DNA of 64,000 nt from the NCBI GenBank assembly GCA_963802945.1, contig CAWDKY010000030.1:192001-256000 (forward strand), read 5' to 3'. This DNA is from an uncultured delta proteobacterium. GTDB lineage: Bacteria; Desulfobacterota; RBG-13-43-22. Under the pieces are notes generated by a model. That model worked only from the letters and a program-made list of their open reading frames with translations. It had not been told where the DNA came from and did not search any database. The position numbers were made by a program, and so were the translations under genes. Below, one piece after another: positions 1 through 10,980 of this stretch. Position 1 is the first letter of the stretch. Every line of letters starts with the position of its first letter.

Positions 1-407
1 ACCACCATAGCATCAATTTCCGTTGGGGTTTGTGTGCCGATAGAAGGTGCTGTGTAGGTAACGATTAAGATTCCTCCCACGGTATAACCGCTAAAGGTAG
101 TATTTGTTGTTCCATTAAAAGTAAAAGTACCGCCCAACGAAGCAGTCAGGATGATAGCGGCATCGGTTCTTCTTCCGGAAGCATCGGTTAAAATCACCGT
201 GATGGTCGTGGTTCCGTTGGAGATCATAGTGTTATTTCCAGCCGTCACCGAAACATTGGCCACCGCGCCGCCGGAACTTCCAGAACCGCTGGTGGTTCCG
301 CTGCCGACGCTATTTTGTTTATTGACATCCGAGACATTGCACCCCAGGGAAATTACCAGGGCGGCTCCCAGTAAAAAAACCACAGCAATTGAGAAAAAAA
401 TTTTCAT
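1..407 (-). CDS. Putative lipoprotein, Ser/Thr/Gly-rich, Ig-like (runs off the window edge)
   Basis: Not in the ORF track. Read manually from ATG 407 with GGAGG RBS: MKIFFSIAVVFLLGAALVISLGCNVSDVNKQ...VANVSVTAGNNTMISNGTTTITVILTDASG. Signal peptide with SLGC lipobox; directly downstream of gspG. Confidence 0.75.
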   Translation of the reverse strand, partial: MKIFFSIAVVFLLGAALVISLGCNVSDVNKQNSVGSGTTSGSGSSGGAVANVSVTAGNNTMISNGTTTITVILTDASGRRTDAAIILTASLGGTFTFNGTTNTTFSGYTVGGILIVTYTAPSIGTQTPTEIDAMV

Positions 408-417
408 GAAATGCCTC

Positions 418-846
418 CTATTCCCAATTGGTGACATCTTTGTCTTCGCCTTCTCCCCCGGGTTTGTTGTCGCGACCCAAGGAGTAAAGATCATATTCCC
501 CATGCGTACCGGGACATTGATAATTGTAAGGGTTTCCCCAGGGGTCCGAAGGAAGATTTTTCTTGAGATAAGGACCATCCCAGTTGTCATGTCCCGGGTT
601 GGCCATCAAGGCATTTAATCCCTCCTCTGTTGAAGGATAAGAGCCTACATCCAATCGATATTGATCCAGGGCTTGACCCAAAAGCTCAATTTGGGCTTTG
701 GCTGCCGCTTGCCTCCCCTTGCCCAACTTTGGGAAAAGCTTGGGGGCCACCAGGGCCGCCAGAAGGCCGATGATGACCATGACCACCATAAGCTCAATCA
801 AGGTAAAGCCGCGATGGTCTGACTGGGACCTCTTGGGGATAACCAT
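418..846 (-). CDS. gspG: T2SS major pseudopilin GspG
   Basis: RGFTLIELMVVMVIIGLLAALVAP prepilin motif; ALDQYRLDVGSYPSTEEGL, WDGPYLKK..P.DPWGNPY, SLGRD..PGGEGED. Confidence 0.97.
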   Translation of the reverse strand: MVIPKRSQSDHRGFTLIELMVVMVIIGLLAALVAPKLFPKLGKGRQAAAKAQIELLGQALDQYRLDVGSYPSTEEGLNALMANPGHDNWDGPYLKKNLPSDPWGNPYNYQCPGTHGEYDLYSLGRDNKPGGEGEDKDVTNWE

Positions 847-1102
847 ATCTTTTCCTTCCCTTTTCCCTGAATCCACTGCCCAATTTTTTTAAATTAAAAT
901 ACAAAACAGATGGTTAGTCAACAAAAAAATAAAATCCGCTTTAAAATAGATCAACGCTGAAACCACCACCCCTGTCTGTATACGGTCACGAACGTGTAAG
1001 AAAAGGGAGGGCAAGAAAAATTTAAGAATCTAAGTTTAACCTTCGAAATTGATCTGCAATTTTTTATTTGTATATTTTTAATTTTTAGTATAAAAAAACA
1101 AT

Positions 1103-3180
1103 ATGGCAGGTGGTTTGATGAAATTAAGGAGGTTTATTCTGTTGGTAAAAAGGGCATCCCGATTCAGTCAACTCGGTCTTATCTTGGTCATCGCTGCCCT
1201 GCCCTTCCTGGGGTCGCCGATATCGGCTCAAACGCCCCAGCCACCCCTGTCCCCAGGACCTCCCCAGAACCAACTCCCCGTGGTTCAACCGCCAACGCCT
1301 GTACCGACATCTGAGGCACCGGCACCTTCAATATCATCGATGCCGTCCCCGACTCCCGGCCAACAACCAGGGGCATCGGTAACCAATCCTCCTGGAAACA
1401 ACAGACCTGAACCGCCCAATACCCAACAACCTTCTGCAAAAAGAGGAGAGGTCAGTTTTAATTTTGATGACGCCGATGTCTATCTCCGTCATCCAGACCA
1501 TTTTTGGAGGTGTTCTGAAATTCAATTATATTATCGACCCTAAAGTAAAAGGGCGGGTGAATTTCAGATCCGTGGCCCCGGTAGCCAAAGAAGATGTCCT
1601 CCCATTGATGGAGGTTATTTTACGCCTAAACGGTATCGGCGTTGTGGAAGAAGGTGGGCTTTATCGCATTATCCCTATTGCCGATATGCCCAAAGAACCG
1701 GCCCCGGTTAAGATCGGACGGGAGCCGGGCAGGGTAACCTTGCAAGGTCTGGGATTACTTCAAGTCGTTCCTATAAAATATAGTACCTCTACGGAAATGG
1801 TCAAGGTTCTGACCCCCTTTCTGTCCACGAATGCGGTGATCGTGGATGTTCCGAAAATAAACTATCTCATTCTGGTGGATACGGATGCCAATGTAAAAAG
1901 ACTCCTGCAATTAGTCGAGATATTTGACAGCGAACAGCTTAAAAAAATAAAACCTCAAGTCTTTGTCTATCCGGTTCAAAATGCCAAGGCCAAGGACCTG
2001 GCCGGTTTGCTGCAACAGATATTCCTTGGGGGAAAAGCCCCGGCGAAAACCTCTACAACCAGACAACATCCACAACAACATCACATCCAACCATCGTCCA
2101 AGCCGGGACTGACCCAAATCACAACCGCAACCACACTTCCGGCCTCGCCTCAAATCCAGACCACCATTGTCCTTCGGTGCTTCAGCGGGCGGGGAGGCAC
2201 TGGTTTCTGAAATTACCAAGATTTTTCCAGACAAGATTACCAATTCACTGGTCATCTTGGCCACACCCGAGGACTATGCCCTTATCTTGGAAACCTTAAA
2301 TAAACTGGATCAGGTCCCGAGACAGGTGATGATCGAGGTGCTCATTGCCGAGATATCATTAACCGATGAATTAAAATTTGGGTTGGAGTGGTCTTTAAAC
2401 TCAATGATGGGTCAAGGTTTTGCTACTGTTACGGGAAATTTTATCCCGAGAACGACTACCAGTACCACTAACTCATCCGGTTCTACAACAACCACAACCA
2501 ATCCGCTATCGGGATTTTCTTTTTTGGGAATTGACAAAACCGGACTGGTCCAGGGATTCTTAAATACTTTGGCTACCCAAGGAAAAACCAAGGTCCTGGC
2601 CTCCCCCCATATCCTGGCCGCCGATAACCGGAAGGCCAAGATCCAGATCGGCAATCAGGTCCCCGTTGTCACCGCCGTACAAGGCACCTCAATAACCTCC
2701 CAAAACGTGGAATATAAAGATACCGGGGTGATTCTGGAGATAACACCGAACATCAATGACAGCGGGCTGGTGTCCCTGGAGATCAACCAGGAGGTTTCAG
2801 ATTATACTTTCCAACAAATCGGCACAGTCGACACCAACGTCTTTCCGGTATTTACCAAAAGACAGGCCTCCACCTTTACGGTGGCCCAGGACGGACAGAC
2901 CCTTGTCCTTGGCGGACTGATACAAGAAAATAAAGGTCAGACCAGATCCGGGTTACCCTTTCTAAGTCAGATCCCCATCCTCGGATATCTTTTTGGTTAT
3001 ACGGATAACACCTTCAACCGATCTGAAATCATCTTATTGCTTACCCCCAGGGTGGTCAGAAATCAAAAAGAGGCCGAGAATCTGACCGATTTTTACATAC
3101 ACCGTTTGGATAAGAGTTTTAAAAACCAGATTAATATGGAAGAATTACTCCCTCAAAAAGAAAAAAAGGAAACCAAGTGA
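1103..3180 (+). CDS. gspD: T2SS secretin GspD (split in three ORFs, frameshifts near 1480 and 2170)
   Basis: Signal peptide, Pro-rich linker, VSFNFDDADV, YIIDPKVKGRVN, LDQVPRQVMIEVLIAE, DTGVILEITP, PFLSQIPILGYLF secretin motifs. Confidence 0.93.
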
Positions 3181-3518
3181 AGAGGGACAGGTAACGGGTG
3201 ACAACATTTAGAGATCCATACAAAACCCGGAAAAATAATCTGTGCAAGTCAGGAGTTGACTATACAGGCCTTGTCAAGTCGAAGATTTCTTCCTGTAATG
3301 TTGTTTTTCAATTTTGGCTCTTTATACAACATTACAAACGGTAATCAATTTGTAAAGTACAACCCTGCATAGTCCCCTTGCCTTCCGCCCTATTTTCTTC
3401 TTGATCCTGTCTTTTTCTCCCTTTATACTCTTTCCATCAAAAAGGAAGTTCTAATAAAATTCCTAAAGGTGGTCTTTTTGACTGCAACTTTTAATAAACA
3501 TAGGGGAGATAAGAAAGG

Positions 3519-5441
3519 ATGCCTGGTTGGTGTGGAAAGATCCTTCGGGTCGATTTGAGTGATAACAATATCACAACTGAAGAAACAGAAAGGGTTGCCC
3601 GGTTGTTTTTAGGAGGCCGGGGCATTGCCACCAAGATATACTGGGACGAAGTTCGCCTTGAGGTCGGTGCCTTTGATGCCGAGAACAAGGTCATCATCAT
3701 GACAGGTCCTCTTGTAGCCACAGGTGTTCAAGGGGCAACTCGATGTACGGTGATCAGCAAATCACCGATGTTGATCCCTGAGGGGTTTTCTTACGGGAAC
3801 CTGGGTGGATTTTTCCCCTCCGAATTGAAAAAGGCAGGGTTTGATGGGATCGTCATTTCCGGAAAGGCCTCCGAACCGAGCTTGATCGTTATCAGGGATG
3901 AAACAGTGGAGATCTGCAATGCCTCGGCCATATGGGGCAAGGGGACCCATGAGGTCGGTATGATTCTCCGGGGCTGGTACGGTGAAAACATTAAATATAT
4001 TTCGACCGGCCCGGCTGGAGAAAATCTCTGTCGAAGCGCCACCATCATAAGCGATCACGAGGGTAGCGTCACTTCAGGCTTTGGTGCCGTTTTCGGATCG
4101 AAAAAGCTCAAGGCAATTGCGGTAAAAGGATCTGGAAGTCCCTCTGTGGCCTGGAAGGATAAGCTTCAAACGCTCAACCGCAAAACCGTCCTTTTGAATA
4201 AACGGTGGGCCATTAAACTCCCTCTGCCCAAGGAGCAAATCATGTATCTGAGAAAATCTCCCTGTGCCGCCTGTGGCCTCGACTGCCAAAGAGGACTATT
4301 CCGCACCAATTCAGGCAAAGAAGCCGTTAGAAAATGCCATTCCATGACTTTTTATATGCCTTGGGTTTACCGCCGGAAAGATGAACACATTGATACGAGC
4401 TTCATTGCCACGGCCTTGTGTAATGACTATGCCATCTGCACGATGGAAATCCAAAACATCGTCGAATGGTTGCTCGACAGCCAAAAAAAAGGCCTACTTA
4501 CAGAAAAAGACACTGGAATTAATCTTTCGGACTTAGGATCTCTACCCTTCATTACTCAATTGACGTCGATGATCGCCAAACGGGAAGGCTTCGGAAACAT
4601 CCTGGCCGAAGGGGTGATGAGGGCCTCGGCACAAATGGGGGAAAAAACTTCAAACCGTTTGACCATAAACATGAGCGGTGGTGGTATTGGCCTGGCAGGG
4701 GGTTATGCGCCGCGGGAATATCCCATTACCGCATTATTGTATGCCTTCGAACCCAGACAGCCGATTGCCATGTTGCATGAGGTGGTCTTTCATATCATAC
4801 GATGGCTGGCCAACCGGAGGCGCCCCGATTTATCTCCGACAACGACGGAGGTATTCCGCAAGGCCGCCGAGCGGTTCTGGGGAAGTGAAGAAGCGGGAAA
4901 TTTTGCAACTTACGATGGGAAAGCCCTGGGGGCCGCCAGAATTCAGGATCGTACCTATGTCAAAGATAGTCTGGGATTGTGCGATTTTGCCTGGCCCATA
5001 ATGGACTCATCCAACACACCCGATCATGTGGGCGATCCGGAGCTTCCGGCGCAGATTTTTTCAGCTGTAACCGGTATGGAGGTCAAGGAAGATGATCTGC
5101 ATCTTTTTGGCGAGCGAATTTTTAATCTTCAAAGAAGCATCCTTTTGCGTGAGGGCCGTAAGCCAAAGGAATCGGACCTGCCACCGGACTTTAATTTTTC
5201 CAAACCAGTGACCCATGCGGCCACTAACCCTCAGCTAATCGTTCCCGGATCGGACGAAAATCCGGTATCGATAGAGGGCAACACCCTTGATCGGGACCGA
5301 TACGAGACCATGCGGCGTGAATATTACACCATAAGAAAATGGGACCCCGATTTGGGACGCCAGAAGAAAAGCACCCTGGACAAGCTCGGTTTATCCGATG
5401 TTGCCTCGGAAATGAATAAGTTGGGGTTCCTGGAATTGTAA
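3519..5441 (+). CDS. aor: Aldehyde:ferredoxin oxidoreductase family (tungstopterin) protein
   Basis: GKILRVDLS, FLGGRG, SKSP, LKKAGFDGIVISGKA, GPAGEN, GFGAVFGSKKLKAIAV, C..C...C, DSLGLCDF. Confidence 0.92.
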   Translation: MPGWCGKILRVDLSDNNITTEETERVARLFLGGRGIATKIYWDEVRLEVGAFDAENKVIIMTGPLVATGVQGATRCTVISKSPMLIPEGFSYGNLGGFFPSELKKAGFDGIVISGKASEPSLIVIRDETVEICNASAIWGKGTHEVGMILRGWYGENIKYISTGPAGENLCRSATIISDHEGSVTSGFGAVFGSKKLKAIAVKGSGSPSVAWKDKLQTLNRKTVLLNKRWAIKLPLPKEQIMYLRKSPCAACGLDCQRGLFRTNSGKEAVRKCHSMTFYMPWVYRRKDEHIDTSFIATALCNDYAICTMEIQNIVEWLLDSQKKGLLTEKDTGINLSDLGSLPFITQLTSMIAKREGFGNILAEGVMRASAQMGEKTSNRLTINMSGGGIGLAGGYAPREYPITALLYAFEPRQPIAMLHEVVFHIIRWLANRRRPDLSPTTTEVFRKAAERFWGSEEAGNFATYDGKALGAARIQDRTYVKDSLGLCDFAWPIMDSSNTPDHVGDPELPAQIFSAVTGMEVKEDDLHLFGERIFNLQRSILLREGRKPKESDLPPDFNFSKPVTHAATNPQLIVPGSDENPVSIEGNTLDRDRYETMRREYYTIRKWDPDLGRQKKSTLDKLGLSDVASEMNKLGFLEL

Positions 5442-5744
5442 CAGGCCATTCTCCTGCAAACATTTTCAGTACTGCATTTCGTGTCATCAGAAGTGTGTGA
5501 TAGAATTCGGGAAATGGCTCCGCATGGATGTCCTCAAGAAGATACCTCAGAAAAGCTATAGGTGTATTCGATAAATTCGATGAGATGAGGCCATGTCCGA
5601 GGAAACTCGAAGACTCCTTCCTTGTACTCTTCAAAATTCGATTTTCAAAAAAGACAAGATTTTAAATGGTAATCGTTGACAAACCCTTGTTATTTACTGG
5701 TCCCGTTCTAAAGAAAAATTCTCCTATTTACTGTTCCCAAAAAG

Positions 5745-5757
5745 GTGTATAATACAC
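5745..5757 (+). promoter_or_regulatory. -10 box (TATAAT 5748-5753) inside a perfect palindrome GTGTAT-A-ATACAC
   Basis: Direct reading; lies just upstream of the structured element at 5788-5885. Confidence 0.5.
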
Positions 5758-5787
5758 TATATCCAAAGGCCGGTTTAGTAAGGTAAT

Positions 5788-5885
5788 CTGTCTTCCGATT
5801 TAGCCACTATACCCTAAAGGGGAGCAAGTAAATGGAAGAATGCAGGAAACCCTGTTTCTCGATAGAGCGATGGGGTTTTTTTGTT
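5788..5885 (+). ncRNA. Structured leader or sRNA: long stem-loop followed by an intrinsic terminator
   Basis: CTG-TCTTCC-g-ATTTA..CCC-TAAA-GGG..TAAAT-GGAAGA-atg-CAG pairing, then AAACCCTGT-TTCT-cgat-AGAG-cg-ATGGGGTTT plus T-run (5847-5885). Confidence 0.5.
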
Positions 5886-6125
5886 TTGTAATTGACCTAT
5901 CGTGGAACCAGTAAAGTGTATACAAAATGGAAGAAGTAGAAGAAGTAAAGAAAGAAAAACTTGTTTCAAGTGATTAAATATATTAATATGAGCTATGCAG
6001 CTAAATTATGGAGGGGGTATTAGGCCTAATGATTTTGATAAGGGGAATGTCGGCTTGAAACCTATTAACTTTTTACTACGTTAATAGTAGAAATTTTTAT
6101 GTGATTTAATGATTTAGGAGGAAAA

Positions 6126-7162
6126 ATGCAACTTAATATAAATAAGTCAGAGAAAGATATTTTTTCAAATCCTGTTGGTTTTGATTTTCTTAACCTGTTT
6201 TTCTCGTCGGCACCGGACGGTCTGAAACTTATAAGTTTATCCGAAGATGGGGTTCTATGGGCCTTGGGGGGAATGGAAAGTTTCAGATCCTGAAGGTATC
6301 GCCGTGGACAACCAGGAAACGTTTATGTGAATGATAATCATGCTAACGATTGCATCCAGAAGTTCACTTCCTTAGGAAGTTTTATCACCCAATGGGGTTC
6401 CTCGGGCAGTGGAAATAAACAATTTTCAGATCCTGAAGGAATCGCCATTGACGGATCAGGAAATATTTATGTGGCAGATTATATGAACTGTCGTATCCAG
6501 AAATTAGACCACAATGGTAACTATTTAACCCAATGGGGTTCTATGGGCAGCGGGAATCTGCAATTTTTATATCCCATAGGAATCGCCGTTGACTCATCAA
6601 ATTATGTCTATGTGACGGACTTCGGTAATAATCGTGTAGTGAAATATGACTCCAATGGTAACTATCAAACCCAATGGGGCACTTATGGCAGCGGGAATAA
6701 GCAATTTATACAACCTATTGGAATCGGCGTTGACCATTCAGGATATGTTTATGTGGCTGATAGTTATAATAACCGTATACAGAAATTTGACTCCAATGGG
6801 AACTATCAAACCCAATGGGGTTCCTCGGGCAGTGGAAATAAGCAATTTTCAGATCCTGAGTACCTTGCCGTTGACGCTTCCGGAAATGTTTATGTGGCTG
6901 ATTGGGAAACTATCGTATTCAGAAGTTTACTTCCGCCGGACCTAGGTCACCCGATTCGGCACTTATGGCAGCGGGAATGGACAATTTAAAGATATTGAGG
7001 GAATCGCCATTGACTCCTCATAGGATATGTTTATGTGGGAGATCGTGCTGATAATGGCGGCAGCTACAGCATACGAAGTGCAAACATCCAGATCAAAAGG
7101 GTATGCCCTGGCTGCATTTGATGCTGGGAAATAAAATTTTTATTCCCAGCCATTGTCTCTGA
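6126..7162 (+). CDS. Exported NHL-repeat beta-propeller protein (several frameshifts; may be a pseudogene)
   Basis: 47-aa/141-bp repeats QWGS.GSGN.QF..P.GIA.D.SG.VYVAD..N.RIQK; RBS AGGAGG before ATG 6126; 3' end reads KGMPWLHLMLGN after a 1-nt correction. Confidence 0.8.
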
Positions 7163-7479
7163 CATCATTTTGTTCGTGCTATCTTTTTTTAGGGCTTACG
7201 GGCACCTGCCAGAAGCAACCCAGGGACTTTTGTCACGTTTTGGTAACATTGCCCAGAAGGTAACTGAGAGATTTACAAAGCAGCAATAAATTAATGGCCA
7301 TATCCATACAACGTTTTACTAAATATGTCAGAGGAACCCTACTATATTCTGAGAGAAAGGAGAAATGGATTTTCACTTGGCGAAGGGGTTTGATTGAAAT
7401 TATCGAATGAGGCCAGAGTTTTTTTCGAGACAAATTATTTTAATATACTTAAAATAAAATGGACGAAAGGGGAATGCTA

Positions 7480-7992
7480 ATGAAAACAACTTTTAAAAAG
7501 AGGTTTTTATCGTGGTGTTAGTGGTCATGACGGCAAATAGTTTTCTTCCTTGAAATCGCAATTCCAGGCTGGTTTTCCGGCGATGTATAGTTGTCAGGTC
7601 ATCGTGGCCTAGTCAAGGAAAGTAAGTACGGGCCAATTGTCTGACCGATGGGGGTGGGGATTTACTGGTAAATGGATGCAAACGGGATCTGGCTATTCAA
7701 TGAACAATTAGCCTCGCCTTGACGGCCATCAGTACCGGCAAGTGGAAATGGCTAATTTGGATGATACATTGACTCCCCCGATCATCATCGAAGTATTCTT
7801 AGTAAATCCAAAGGGCCAAGAATTCCGATATATTTAATTCTTGGATTTTCAAAAGATATGGATACCGGCAGGGCCTGCCCATTTTGGATCGACGGGGACC
7901 TGGCTGAGAAGATATAAGTTTTTTTCTGCCCGCCAAATCAATCACCTGATTCCCTCCCCAAGGACTTAAGAGGGAAAATTAAAATGGGATAA
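7480..7992 (+). pseudogene. Degraded ORF with signal-peptide-like start, function unknown
   Basis: ATGAAAACAACTTTTAAAAAG followed by a hydrophobic stretch; coding-like composition but stops in all frames. Confidence 0.3.
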
Positions 7993-8491
7993 GGAGGATT
8001 ATAAGATACACCGAGATTCAATGACGAGTACTATACTCCTCAAACTCCGATGATAGGAAAAGACAAGATTTCAATCAGTAATGGTTAATTTCCGAAATGA
8101 TATTTTTAATAGTTATAGGTGAAATCAAACATCATCCTGACTGAAACAACTCGATCTTCCATTTTCAGCCCAACTATGACTCCTGTCTTATTTATTCCTT
8201 TGAAAATTCAGTCGGTATATTTTTCCTAATTAAATAATCTCCAAAAAAAAAGGGATATAATTATAAGGGAGGAGGAAAAAAAACAGTAACCTTAAAACGC
8301 AGGAAGAAGTATAAATTGTAAGGCAAAAATATAACCAAAACAATGACCCAGGCCAAGAACAAAGCGCAAACTCATATCAGGTGAATTTGTCTCAAAAGGT
8401 CTAAAAGATATACACGTCAACCTTCATAGACCCTTATGACAAGCATTAGATCGTTTTTATCAATTTTCCACAAAAGAAGGATCGATTTAGA

Positions 8492-9258
8492 ATGAGCAAA
8501 AAGCATACCTGGCTTTTGACAATCGTATTTTTAGGTTGGCTTTTAATGGATTTTCCTCAAGTTGTCCAAGCAGTGGGCTTTGAAGCGGCCTTTGGGGTCT
8601 GGTACGCCGAACCAGGGGGAGGGATAGGCTATGAAGGGGATTCCCTAGATCTGAAAAATGATTTGAATTACTCCTCGGAAGTAAAATTTTTTGGAAGGGC
8701 TAAAGTTGAATTGCCACGTTTACTCCCCAATATTTACTTAATGGCTACTCCTCTTAGCTACGATGGCACTGCTGCAAAAAATACTTCCTTCACCTTTGGT
8801 AATCAAACCTTTGTTGCTGGCACCTCTTTTACTTCCAACGTCAAACTGGACCACTATGATTTGGCACTCTACTATGGGGTCCCCTTTATTAAGTCGGCCA
8901 CCCAGGGGATGTTAAATGTAGATTTAGGATTCAACATGAGGGTTTTTGATGTCCAGGCCAAGGTTACTCAGGGGGGGCAATATGCAATCCGAGAGTTTTT
9001 ATATGCCGGTACCCATGATTTACCTCGGCATCCAGGTCAGGCCTGTTCAATCCCTTTCTCTGGAGGGAGAAATCCGCGGTATTGCCTATAATGGCAATCA
9101 GTTTTATAACCTCATCGGAAGAATAAAATATAACTTCTTTAGCTTTGCCTTTGTGAGTGCCGGATACCGCTATGAGGAAGTCGTTTTTGATACGCTTGAT
9201 ATCAAGCTTGATGTTCGATTGAGCCGGACCCTTGTTGGAATTAGGCCTTCAGTTCTAA
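8492..9258 (+). CDS. Outer-membrane beta-barrel protein, TIGR04219-like (frameshifts near 8975 and 9225)
   Basis: Signal peptide, LPNIYLMATP, DLALYY, VPMIYLG, AGYRY; corrected end GPLLELGLQF* with terminal Phe. Confidence 0.75.
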
Positions 9259-9630
9259 TGGTGGTTGAAAAGTCTTTTCCGCCTAACTATAATCTGCTTC
9301 GCTTACTACCTTACGAATACGGCCGAAAAGAAGAAAAGCCGTGCAGGACGGTGAATTAAATCGTTACGCAAGCATTCAATCCGTAACCATTGCCCTTCAG
9401 TCCAGTTCCCAAACAAGATTTGTAGGTGTAAGCCGCGAAAAAAGTTTAAAACTGTCCGTCAACATAACTACTGGTCAGAACAAATATTCACCTCTTGAAT
9501 CTTTCCTTTATCGCCAGAGCGGATTGCTTACTTATCCGTTATCGGCTATGAACTTTTCTCGTCCATCGTCACCTGGCCGTGACCATTTTTAACGCCCATC
9601 AATCGCTGCTTTTCAAAAATTTGAGGGTCG

Positions 9631-10365
9631 TTATTCATCAGGCATGGGGGGTGGTATTCCCGGCCGGGCAGGTGGGGAAATCCCGTGCATCGGTCCGGGA
9701 GGCAGAGGCATACGGCCAGGCCCAGGTCTTTGCCCGGGAACGGGAACTGACCTTCCCAGTCCTTGTCGGCTGGGGAAAGACAGGGAAGAAGGAGCCGGTG
9801 TAGCGGAGCCCGGAGTGGATGGTCTGCGCACCGAGGTTGTTTCCCTGCTCCCCCGCTGAACCTGGTTCTTGCAAAAGAACCTGTGGCTATCTGATCTCCC
9901 CGGGTCATCACTATCTTGTCGGTCATGATCTCCTTCAACTTGAAACCGCTTAATGACTCTCCAAGTATTATGCGGTTTGCTTCTTTTCCCGCTCCAGGGG
10001 GTCGAGACCTAGGCCTTTTTGTCTTCCAAATAAGCCACTTTCAAATCGGGGCTTATTAAGGTTCCGAAGAGGACAAATTCAGGTTTGGGAAGGAGGTCCT
10101 CCGCTTTTTGTTCCAGGCGGGATAATGCGTTCCGGATGAAAAAGATTTTGGTCGGCAATAACCCTATATTCCTGGGGTGAGGGCGATTGGGTTTTCAAGG
10201 AATTGTTTGGGTTATTCTCAACCGGCTTCTTTTTAATCAGGGTAGGGACATAAACAACATCCGAATCCAGCCGGGGAAGAAGGAAACCAAAAAGAAAAAC
10301 AAAAAAAACGATGATCAGGATACAGTTCAATACATTAAAATTTTTTATACCCGAATCAGCTCCAT
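9631..10365 (-). CDS. GspC/GspN-like T2SS component with Pro-rich tail (frameshifted)
   Basis: N-terminal TM, IADQNLFHPER, FVLFGTLI...AYLED, GFKLKEI..DKIVM; last gene of the gsp operon. Confidence 0.65.
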
Positions 10366-10366
10366 T

Positions 10367-10980
10367 TTATTTGCCTCCATACAAGGCGGAGACATCCAGT
10401 TTCACCATGAGTTCTCTCGGCTCCCTAAAATTTCTGACCCGGCAATCCAGTTCTTTGATCACCAGGTAAGGAATCCGGGTCTCCACAAAAAAAACAATGT
10501 CCCTTAAAGCCCCTGTGTCGGGGGCCGTAAAATCAAAGCTCGCGCTGACGAATTTGAACCGACTTTTATCTTCGGATTTTTCTTTTTTGGCTTTGAACCT
10601 TTCCGGTTTTTGGCCTTTGGAGTTCTTTGGGGGGCCCGGAAGGCCCGGAGACGATTTCTTCCTCCTTCCCCATCCGTTCACTGGGGATCACTCCACCCCG
10701 GGTGGTGATAATGCCTTTGACCATTTCTTGAAGACCGGCGGAGGCCAGGGAGAAGGTCTCCCCTTCGATCAGTTTTGCTGTTTCGGCCTTTCTTTTTTCC
10801 TTAAGGTTATGAATTTTTTTTCCAGATCGGGCTTTTCGGCAATAATGGTCAGGTATTTTTCAAGCGTCTTGGATTTGCCGTTTGTTCCTCCCGGATCAAA
10901 GCCAATTCTTGGTGAATTCGCAGATAGCCAAATTGATAAAGGACCAATCCAATCAGGAGGACCAGGATAGGAAGCCATGA
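10367..10980 (-). CDS. gspM: T2SS GspM/PilO-like protein (frameshifted)
   Basis: Position after gspL; TM then coiled region; C-terminus PYLVIKELDCRVRNFREPRELMVKLDVSALY. Confidence 0.7.

Noticed and set aside
151-618. 155-aa plus-strand ORF and the many other antisense ORFs in the track
   Set aside because: Shadows of well-supported genes on the opposite strand
5927-5977. Mini-ORF MEEVEEVKKEKLVSSD as a leader peptide
   Set aside because: No clear RBS and it lies downstream of the terminator; unsupported
6380-6990. 141-bp periodic repeats as a CRISPR or DGR-like array
   Set aside because: In-frame NHL coding repeats; no unique spacers, cas genes or reverse transcriptase
7150-7290. Possible riboswitch downstream of the NHL gene
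   Set aside because: Lacks the conserved cores of c-di-GMP, cobalamin or other classes I can recognise
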